Source: Balanoglossus misakiensis | Taxonomy: Eukaryota > Animalia > Hemichordata | DNA length: 47,192 nt | NCBI GenBank assembly: GCA_040954595.2 | Contig: JBECUI020000060.1 | Location: forward strand, 1-47,192 | Reading direction: 5' to 3' | Shown: positions 39,402 to 47,192 of the stretch, piece by piece | Layout: each line of letters begins with the position of its first letter | Numbering within the stretch: position 1 is the stretch's first letter | Program-made: the position numbers and the translations under genes | The notes under the pieces: model-generated | Seen by the model: the letters and a program-made list of their open reading frames with translations, nothing else | Databases searched by the model: none | What the model was told of the DNA's origin: nothing

Positions 39402-40044
39402 AATCATTAGCAAATATGCAGCAATGCTGGCAGTCCTGCCTGTTCTGGCTTCTGCTCCGGCACTGGCCTCGCCCAAGGACGCAGAGGCCTTCATCAATAA
39501 CAATGTCGAATCGGTGATGGAACTGCTCAATAAACCAACTCCGATCACCAGCGACGACAGGAGGGACATCTTAAATATCGCCAAAAATATGATCGATATG
39601 CCCAAAATGGCCAAATTCGTGCTGGGAAAATATGGACGCAGGGTGGATCAGGAAGTCTATGCTCGCTATCTGGACAGTTTCGAAACCTATGCCTTGAGCT
39701 TCTATAACCAGAATTTGCTCAGACTGGCCGGAGCCAGCATGCAAATTCTGGGAACAGTGGAGCTAAAGCCAAATGACTATGTCGTCAAATCGCTGATGAC
39801 CACTCCGCCTGAAACCAAAATGCGTATAGACTGGCGCGTCCGCCGCAAGGAAAATGGCGACATGAAAATACTGGATATGGGAATAAATATAAATGGAAAC
39901 CTGCTATGGGTAATGCAGGAACAAAGAGCACAATTTGCAGCCCTGCTTGATCAGTCCGGCGGCAATGTCGAAGCACTGATCGCCCAACTCGAGCAAAAAA
40001 GCAAGGCTCAGCTAGAGCAGCAAAATTACTATTCCAATCGGTAG
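39391..40044 (+). CDS. mlaC: MlaC/Ttg2D-family periplasmic lipid-binding protein (paralog 2)
   Basis: IDM..MAKFVLGKY.R, DWRV, QEQRAQF; start overlaps the mlaA stop. Confidence 0.85.
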   Translation: MNSKIISKYAAMLAVLPVLASAPALASPKDAEAFINNNVESVMELLNKPTPITSDDRRDILNIAKNMIDMPKMAKFVLGKYGRRVDQEVYARYLDSFETYALSFYNQNLLRLAGASMQILGTVELKPNDYVVKSLMTTPPETKMRIDWRVRRKENGDMKILDMGININGNLLWVMQEQRAQFAALLDQSGGNVEALIAQLEQKSKAQLEQQNYYSNR

Positions 40045-40108
40045 ATCAATATGCTACAATAGGAACTATATTAAAAATAATTCGATATAATATTACAAGG
40101 AGAATATC

Positions 40109-40847
40109 ATGAATAACAAGAAAACATATTTTTTGGGCCTTTTGGCGGCTCTTGGCTATTCTGGACAGGCGATGGCGGCTCCGATCGTGGTCGGAGCCGG
40201 CGTCAATATGTTCGGCTTCGAATTCGATGTAGCAACCAAGCTCAGCGACAATATCGGGCTGAGGGTCGGAATCAGCACCGGCAACTCGTTCAAGACCTCG
40301 CCATATAGCAAGGCCGATGGCGGTGCCGGCAAAACCATATTGGACAGCATTTGCGGTTATGAATGCGGTAGCGACTCCATGCTCAAACAAGTGAATATGG
40401 ATATCCAGACATATAATTTCTATCTGGACTATTACCCCCTTGGCGGCGGCTTTCGCCCTGACCGGAGGCCTGTTATATGGAAATAACAGCACGATGAATG
40501 TTACATTCTCACCAGAAGCGATCCAGAATATCTCTCTTGGCGGCAACCTGCATCCCGCAAGCGGCATAGATTCCGTGGACACAACTTTCCACTTCAAGGA
40601 ATACACGCCATATTTTGGAATCGGCTGGGAAGGCGGCTTTAGCGGTAATTCGGCCTTGAACTTCTTCTTCAATGCCGGAGCACTCCTCCTGATCGAGCCA
40701 AATATCAGCGTAAAAACCACGATCAATGGAGAAGAAGGCGCTATAAGTGATTCCCTGCTAGAGGCTGAGAAATTGCAAAATCTGTTTAGTCAATGGAATG
40801 TTGCGGTTCCTCATGTCAATCTTGGGGTGTCGTTTCGCTTTAATTGA
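40109..40847 (+). CDS. Outer membrane beta-barrel protein (paralog 1), apparent frameshift at 40456-40458
   Basis: Signal peptide, LDYYP.GGGFR, PYFGIGW, terminal GVSFRF; alignment to paralog 2 shows one extra C. Confidence 0.8.
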
Positions 40848-40893
40848 GTGTATCGGAGACGAACCAGTCATAGTCTAATAATGGAGATATATT

Positions 40894-41670
40894 ATGAAAA
40901 AAATCCATATACCTATAATCATGGCGACAGCTCTTTGCTGGACTGGTTCGGCTTCAGCCTTGTCGTCTCACCCTCTTTTGCTGAATGCCGGGATCAATTT
41001 GTTTGGCTTTGAGTTCGATCTGGGAACCAAGCTAACCGACAAGATCGGGCTAAGGGTCGGAGCCACCACCAACAAGATTTTCGACATTCAAGCTCCCAGT
41101 GCCGGTAACAATATCAGCAATACTCTTTTTGATAATTTGTGCACTCATTCCTGCGATGAGGTCTTTGGCAACACCAATATCAATATTGATATGCAGACAT
41201 ATAATTTCTATCTGGACTATTATCCCTTTGGTGGCAGTTTTCGCGTGACCGGAGGCCTGTTATATGGTCCCAACAAGAATATGACGATCACCTCCTCTCC
41301 GGAGTATGGAGATACAGGCGATGATTGGTATGAGGATGGGTATGGACATAGAACACTCATAAGTATTGGCGACTCTTTGTTCTCGGCCGGCGAGGTGGAT
41401 ACGGTGACCACCGATTTGAAGTTTGGCGAATATACTCCCTATATCGGCATAGGCTGGGCCGGAGGCTTTAACAGCAATTCGCTCATTGGAGTTTTTGTCA
41501 ATCTTGGGGTATTTTTCCCAATCGATCCGGAGGTCAATTTCACTGCTACGGGGAGTGCCTCTGGCCTTGCAGTAGCGGCAGAACGGGAAAAGGCCGAGTT
41601 GAAAACCTTGTTCAAGGACGTGCTTATTCCGATCCCTCACGCAACTATTGGCCTGTCGCTACGCCTTTGA
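40894..41670 (+). CDS. Outer membrane beta-barrel protein (paralog 2)
   Basis: Signal peptide, FGFEFD, LDYYPFGGSFRVTGG, PYIGIGW, terminal amphipathic strand IGLSLRL. Confidence 0.8.
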   Translation: MKKIHIPIIMATALCWTGSASALSSHPLLLNAGINLFGFEFDLGTKLTDKIGLRVGATTNKIFDIQAPSAGNNISNTLFDNLCTHSCDEVFGNTNINIDMQTYNFYLDYYPFGGSFRVTGGLLYGPNKNMTITSSPEYGDTGDDWYEDGYGHRTLISIGDSLFSAGEVDTVTTDLKFGEYTPYIGIGWAGGFNSNSLIGVFVNLGVFFPIDPEVNFTATGSASGLAVAAEREKAELKTLFKDVLIPIPHATIGLSLRL

Positions 41671-42706
41671 GCCGGTGGCCTTTGAGCCGGTATAGAGCGC
41701 TATCGCTGTCATCGCTTGGCACAGAAGACCTCGCCATGCTTAGAAACGGCAACCCCCTCGCCCAATTATTGGCCTGCCGCTACGCCTTTGAGCCGGTGTA
41801 GAGCGATGTCGCTGTCATCGCTTGGCACAAAGACCTCGCCATGCTTCGAAACGGCAACCCCCTCGCCCAATTATTGGCCTGTCGCTGCGCCTTTGAGCCG
41901 GTATAGAGCGCTGTCGCTGTCATAGCTTGGCACAAAAACCTCGCCATGCTTAGAAAACGGCAACCCCCTCGCCCAATTATTGGCCTGTCGCTACGCCTTT
42001 GAACCGGTATAGAGCGCTGTCGCTGTCATCGCTTGGCACAGAAGACCTCGCCATGCTTAGAAACGGCAACCCCCTCGCCCAATTATTGGCCTGCCGCTAC
42101 GCCTTTGAGCCGGTATAGAGCGCTGTCGCTGTCATCGCTTGGCACAGAAGACCTCGCCATGCTTAGAAAACTGCAACCCCCTCGCCCAATTACTGGCCTG
42201 CCGCTACGCCTTTGAGCCGGTATAGAGCGCTGTCGCTGTCATCGCTTGGCACAGAAGACCTCGCCATGCTTAGAAAACTGCAACCCCCTCGCCCAATTAC
42301 TGGCCTGTCGCTACGCCTTTGAGCCGGTATAGAGTGCTGTCGCTGTCATCGCTTGGCACAAAAGACCTCGCCATGCTTAGAAACGGCAACCCCCTCGCCC
42401 AATTACTGGCCTGCCGCTACGCCTTTAAGCCGGTATAGAGCGCTGTCGCTGTCATCGCTTGGCACAGAAGACCTCGCCATGCTTAGAAACGGCAACCCCC
42501 TCACGCAATTATTGGCCTGCCGCTACGCCTTTGAGCCGGTGTAGAGTGCTGTCGCTGTCATCGCTTAGCACAAAGACCTCGCCATGCTCAGAAACGGCAA
42601 CCCCCTCGCCCAATTATTGGCCTGTCGCTACGCCTTTGAGCCGGTGTAGAGTGCTGTCGCTGTCATCGCTTAGCACAAAGACCTCGCCATGCTCAGAAAC
42701 GGCAAC
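41634..42706. repeat. About 106-bp tandem array, 10 copies
   Basis: Marker CTTRGCACA(G)AARACCTCGCCATGCT recurs near 41716, 41822, 41927, 42033, 42139, 42246, 42353, 42459, 42565 and 42670. Confidence 0.97.
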
Positions 42707-43750
42707 ATGGCGGATCCGGTTTTGATAATTGGCGATCTGCAATATTTCCTGCTTGACGATTTGCTGTTGCTTCACGCGCAACATATGTATTTCTCCGGCG
42801 GCCAGTGACGGGATCAACAGGTCTCCATTGGCGAATTCGGGGAAGATGCTGCTATCGCGACTCCGATAGACGGCAATGCCGGAGACGGCTATTGACGGAG
42901 TCCAGTGCCAGATGGAGTCTTCGGCTCCGGCGATACTGGTTTTGTCGGATACTGGTGTCCCGGAATAATTGACCCCATAAGAGGCCAATGGCCACCCATA
43001 ATTGGCCCCTGGCTTGATGATATTGAGTTCGTCGCCCCCTTTTGGCCCGTGTTCTGTGGCGAACAAAATATGATTATTGTGGTCATATGCTATTCCCTGC
43101 ACATTGCGGTGTCCGAAGCTGTATATTTCCGGCAGAGCGTCCTTAATATTCACAAAGGGGTTGTCTTCGGGGATCGAGCCGTCCTTATGGATCCGGATGA
43201 TTTTGCCCAGATGTGTTTGCAGGTTTTGCGCCTGATCGCGATAATAGCCGCCATCGCCCAGCCCGAAGACCAGCGAGCCATCGGCTAGAAAGGCAAAGCG
43301 TGATCCGAAATGCAGCCCACCGGATTTGGCCGGTTTTGCTTCGAACAAGATAGTAATCTGACTGGCATGGCGCAGATTTTCGGATAGTCTGGCCGAGATG
43401 ATTGTCGTCTGGTTGCTATCGGGTTTTCCTTTGGCATAGGACAGATAAATGCGACGATTGGCGTCGAAATCCGGATCGGCGATGATGTCGAGATAGCCGC
43501 CCTGGCCATGGACTAAAGGCTTTGGCAGCCCTGATACTGGTTCTGGCCTTAGTTTATTGTCCTGGATTATGCGGAGCCGTCCGGGTCGTTCGGTGATCAG
43601 CATGGCTCCATTGGGCAGGAATGTCATCCCCCATGGATATTCCAGTCCTTTTGCCACTGTTTCGAGTTGGTATCCGGCTCTTATTTCGGAATTGGAGCTG
43701 CAAGCTATAATCATGGCTATTGCCATTGTGCTTATTGTGTATTTTAACAT
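42614..43750 (-). CDS. PQQ-dependent sugar (glucose/sorbosone) dehydrogenase, lipoprotein-like
   Basis: GLEYPWGM.FLP, ITERPGRL, GQGG.LD, HFGSR, IYSFGHRNVQG, EHGPKGGDELN, NYGWP. Confidence 0.93.
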   Translation of the reverse strand: MLKYTISTMAIAMIIACSSNSEIRAGYQLETVAKGLEYPWGMTFLPNGAMLITERPGRLRIIQDNKLRPEPVSGLPKPLVHGQGGYLDIIADPDFDANRRIYLSYAKGKPDSNQTTIISARLSENLRHASQITILFEAKPAKSGGLHFGSRFAFLADGSLVFGLGDGGYYRDQAQNLQTHLGKIIRIHKDGSIPEDNPFVNIKDALPEIYSFGHRNVQGIAYDHNNHILFATEHGPKGGDELNIIKPGANYGWPLASYGVNYSGTPVSDKTSIAGAEDSIWHWTPSIAVSGIAVYRSRDSSIFPEFANGDLLIPSLAAGEIHMLRVKQQQIVKQEILQIANYQNRIRHVAVSEHGEVFVLSDDSDSTLHRLKGVATGQ

Positions 43751-43812
43751 GGGGGGTTATACTCCGCATATATTTTAGCCTGATATAAAGTAAGAGCAAG
43801 CAGGGAAGCAAG

Positions 43813-45141
43813 ATGTCAGTTACGTATATAGCGGCAATATTCATATCTGCTATCGCAATTATTGCGATAATATTGTGGTTATTGTCTTTCAGGAAGAACA
43901 AGGAATATCTGGCTCGGGCGGAATCTGCAGAGCAAGAGCGCGACAAGCTGAAAATAGAATTGGGTGCCCAGCACGAGCGCGAGCGCATCTTGAAAGAGCA
44001 ATGCGATCGGCTGACCAAATTGCAGCAAGATGTCGAGCAGAAATTTCAGGGTTTGGCGGATTCGGCGCTGCGCAAATCGCAGGCGCAGTTTCTGGAGATA
44101 GCCAATGAGAGTTTCAGCAAACAAAAAGAGGGAGCCAAAGGCGAGTTGACTGCCTTGCTGAAGCCGGTCGAGGAGACTTTTGTCCAGTTCCGGCAAAAGG
44201 TCGAGGCGGTCGAGAAGGTCCGTAGCGAGGATCGATCGGCGATGATCGAGCAGATTGGTCAAACGCAAAAGATTCTTGATGATACTCGTAATGCGGCGGG
44301 TCAGTTGACCAATGCGCTATCGTCTCCGAAGGGCGTTGGTAATTGGGGCGAGGAATCCTTGCGCAATGTGCTGGAGATGTCTGGTGCCTCGGCTTTTTGC
44401 GATTTTGTCGAACAGGAGCATCAAGGCAGCGATAGTGGCGGCTCGGTTCGTCCGGATGTGGTGATGCGGATGCCAGGAGGACGCAAGCTGGCCATTGACG
44501 CCAAAATCTCGCTGGACGCCTATTTGCGAGCCTCAGAAGAGAAAGTTGACGAAAATATCCGCAATGAGCATTTGCTGGCTCATGCCAAAAATCTTCGCCA
44601 GCATGTTCAGGCTCTGGCTCGGAAGGAATATTGGGACAAGATTGGTGACACTGTGGATTTTGTCGTCATGTATATTCCGGGCGATCATTTCTGGAATGCG
44701 GCGCTGGAGCATGATCGTAAATTATTCGACGAGGCGGCCGGCAAGAAGGTGATAATTGTTACTCCGGCGACCTTGATTGCTCTGGCGCGGACGGTGCTTT
44801 ATGGCTGGCGGCAGGAAGACATGACCAAAAACGCTCAAGCAATAGCCGATACCGGCAAGACGCTATATGAGCGCCTTTGCACCATGAGCGAGCATATCGC
44901 CAATGTCGGCAAGCGTCTTGGCAGTTCGGTGAAGTCCTATAATGATATGATCGGCTCGCTTGAGCATTCGGTATTGCCGCAGGCTCGCCGGTTCGAGGAT
45001 TTGGGCATCGAGGCTTCTAGCAAGAGCAAGAAAGAGGCATTGAACTTGTCTGGCATCGACACCACTATACGCCAGATCCAGAGCGATGAATTATTACAGA
45101 ACAACTCTGATTTGCTTGACCCTGCCGAGGATGCTTCCTAG
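43813..45141 (+). CDS. rmuC: DNA recombination protein RmuC
   Basis: TM plus coiled coil, G.WGE..L..VLE.SG, RPDVV..MPG...IDAK, DFVVMYIP. Confidence 0.93.
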   Translation: MSVTYIAAIFISAIAIIAIILWLLSFRKNKEYLARAESAEQERDKLKIELGAQHERERILKEQCDRLTKLQQDVEQKFQGLADSALRKSQAQFLEIANESFSKQKEGAKGELTALLKPVEETFVQFRQKVEAVEKVRSEDRSAMIEQIGQTQKILDDTRNAAGQLTNALSSPKGVGNWGEESLRNVLEMSGASAFCDFVEQEHQGSDSGGSVRPDVVMRMPGGRKLAIDAKISLDAYLRASEEKVDENIRNEHLLAHAKNLRQHVQALARKEYWDKIGDTVDFVVMYIPGDHFWNAALEHDRKLFDEAAGKKVIIVTPATLIALARTVLYGWRQEDMTKNAQAIADTGKTLYERLCTMSEHIANVGKRLGSSVKSYNDMIGSLEHSVLPQARRFEDLGIEASSKSKKEALNLSGIDTTIRQIQSDELLQNNSDLLDPAEDAS

Positions 45142-45150
45142 ATATTGGCC

Positions 45151-45673
45151 ATGGCTGTTCGTCCGATAATCACTGTTCCGGATCCGTTTTTGCGGCAGGT
45201 ATCTACGCCGGTGCCGGAGATAGATGATGAGCTTCGTGCTCTTATGCAAGACATGCTCGATTCGATGTATGCGGCAGGCGGCATTGGTCTGGCGGCGATT
45301 CAGATCGGCGTTCCAAAGCGAGTAATCGTGATGGATCTGGCCAGAGATGGTGAGCCAGCTATTCCGCGTTATTTTGTCAATCCGCAAATATTGGAGCTAG
45401 GCACCGGGCAGCAAATGCATGAAGAGGGCTGTCTTTCTGTTCCTGGCATCAATGACGAGGTGGCTCGTCCTGATCGTGCTCTTGTCAGCTATCTGGACTA
45501 TTCCGGCCAACAGATAACCGAGTGGGCCGAGGGGCTTTATGCGGTTTGTATCCAGCATGAGATGGATCATTTGCAAGGTGTGTTATTCATCGATCATTTG
45601 TCGCGTCTGAAGCGCGGAATTGGCCTTGAGCAAATTGCGCAAGAGCAAGCGTCGCAGAGGCGAAGCGGCCTGA
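45151..45673 (+). CDS. def: Peptide deformylase; apparent extra G near 45616 changes the tail (the ORF as given runs to 45708)
   Basis: [20 protein letters not shown]; the shifted frame gives the family-like [19 protein letters not shown]. Confidence 0.95.
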
Positions 45674-45698
45674 TTTTTTCTCTTGTTTTCGAGGTTTT

Positions 45699-46616
45699 GT
45701 GCCAGTGAGAACGATTTTCATGGGCTCTCCGGCTCTTGCTGTTCCGGCTCTGGAGGCTCTTTATCGAGCCGGGCATGAGATAATATGTGTTTATACGGCG
45801 CCGCCGCGGCGATCTGGTCGCTCGATGATCAAGACGCCGGTGCAGCTTTGCGCCGAGCGCCTTGATTTGCCGGTGCGTTATCCGTCTGATTTTGCGGCGA
45901 CCAGCGATCAGGCAGCTTTTATCGAATTGAATGCAGATATTGCCCTGGTGGTAGCTTATGGTCGGCTTTTGCCGCCTGAATTATTGTCTGGGCCGAAGCA
46001 TGGCTGTTTGAACATCCATGCTTCGGCCTTGCCGCGCTGGCGCGGAGCGGCTCCGGTGCAACGCGCGATCATGGCCGGAGACAAGATGATAGCGGTCCAG
46101 ATCATGCGCATGGAGCAAAAGCTGGATACCGGGCCTATCATGCTGTCGGAGCGCTTGAACTTGTCCTGCTCTGACACGGCTGGAGCAATATTGAGCCTCG
46201 TTGGCGAGATCGGCGGCCGGTTGGCGGTGGAGGCTCTGGAATTAGTGGCTTCCGGGCGAGCTGTCTTTATTCCGCAGAGCCTTGAAGGAGTTATTTATGC
46301 GGCGAAGATTTCCGCCGCCGAGACCCGTATCGACTGGCGGCAATCTGCGGAGAAAATTTGTCGGCAGATTCACGGCTTGTCGCCCTTTCCCGGTGCCTGG
46401 TGCGAGGGGCCGCAAGGCGAGCGGCTGAAGATTTTGCGAGCCGCGCTTATGGAAGCTCATGGCCGTCCTGGCGAAGCTGTGGATGATGAGTTGGGCATCG
46501 GCTGTGGCGAGGGAGCGCTACGCTTGCTGGAATTGCAACGAGCTGGCAAAACAGCGCTTTGCAATGCGGATTTCCGGCGGGGCTTTCCGGTTCCGGCCGG
46601 GACGATCCTGCATTGA
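45699..46616 (+). CDS. fmt: Methionyl-tRNA formyltransferase
   Basis: [40 protein letters not shown]. Confidence 0.96.
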   Translation: MPVRTIFMGSPALAVPALEALYRAGHEIICVYTAPPRRSGRSMIKTPVQLCAERLDLPVRYPSDFAATSDQAAFIELNADIALVVAYGRLLPPELLSGPKHGCLNIHASALPRWRGAAPVQRAIMAGDKMIAVQIMRMEQKLDTGPIMLSERLNLSCSDTAGAILSLVGEIGGRLAVEALELVASGRAVFIPQSLEGVIYAAKISAAETRIDWRQSAEKICRQIHGLSPFPGAWCEGPQGERLKILRAALMEAHGRPGEAVDDELGIGCGEGALRLLELQRAGKTALCNADFRRGFPVPAGTILH

Positions 46617-46621
46617 TGCTC

Positions 46622-47192
46622 ATGCGTTTCTTGCTAAGGCTGGAATATGATGGTTCGGCGTTTTCTGGCTGGCAGCGTCAGGGCGATGTGGCAACTGTCC
46701 AGCAGACGCTGGAGCTTGCTGCCTGCCGTCTCGAAGGCGGCAAGCTGGCCAAAACCGTGATCGGAGCTGGCAGGACCGATGCTGGTGTCCATGCGCTTGG
46801 CCAGGCGGCGCATCTGGACATGGTTAGAGCTATCGAGCCAGACAGATTATGCGCCGGATTGAATGCTCTGGTCCGTCCCAGTCCGCTATCGGTGCTGGAG
46901 GCGCAAATCATGCCGCCGGATTTCCATGCCCGTTTTGACGCCATAAGCCGCCGCTATGCCTATATTATCAGCGATAAGCGCTCGCCGCCGGCGCTGGAGC
47001 GCGGACGCATATGGCATTTCCCGACAAAGCTCGATGTCGCCGCCATGAATGAAGCAGCCAAAAGCCTTACAGGTCGCCATGATTTTACTACGTTTCGCGA
47101 TAGTATGTGTCAGGCCAAAAGCCCGATCCGCACTCTGGACGCCATGGAAGTGCGCCGCGTGGGACAAAGAATCTATATAGTTTGTGCTGCCC
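46622..47192 (+). CDS. truA: tRNA pseudouridine(38-40) synthase, truncated by the window end
   Basis: Read manually: MRFLLRLEYDGSAFSGWQRQ, GAGRTDAGVHALGQ, FHARFDA, GRHDFTTFR. Confidence 0.95.
   Translation, partial: MRFLLRLEYDGSAFSGWQRQGDVATVQQTLELAACRLEGGKLAKTVIGAGRTDAGVHALGQAAHLDMVRAIEPDRLCAGLNALVRPSPLSVLEAQIMPPDFHARFDAISRRYAYIISDKRSPPALERGRIWHFPTKLDVAAMNEAAKSLTGRHDFTTFRDSMCQAKSPIRTLDAMEVRRVGQRIYIVCAA

Noticed and set aside
41634-42706. CRISPR array, MITE cluster or small repeated ORFs (MAQKTSPC...)
   Set aside because: Whole units repeat without spacers, terminal inverted repeats or target duplications; the ORFs are by-products of the repeat

Overview
Chromosomal window from an alphaproteobacterium; gene content and order resemble Caulobacterales/Hyphomonadales (inference). 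It holds a type II secretion operon (gspC-N, minus strand) followed by a Tat-signal nuclease, an M23 peptidase-bactofilin pair, a YhdP/AsmA-like protein, mnmC, parE, a DEAD-box helicase and tRNA-Arg(TCT). Next to the tRNA is a foreign-looking GHKL ATPase gene. The rest comprises three Tad accessory genes, a two-domain lipoprotein, trmD-rplS-leuC, a TolC/MlaC/MlaA/MlaC/2x beta-barrel envelope cluster, a PQQ-type sugar dehydrogenase, and rmuC-def-fmt-truA. Three signals are not explained by the gene list. (1) At least a dozen local head-to-tail duplications, mostly copied from gene starts or ends: a 22x24-bp expansion of the GspI leader, a 10x~106-bp array that separates two formerly overlapping convergent genes, and a triplicated tRNA 5' end. 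(2) A strongly over-represented heptamer GCTCYGG/CCRGAGC that is absent from the GHKL gene. (3) Several single-base frameshifts, which are either assembly errors or early gene decay. All counts were made by eye; no searches were run.
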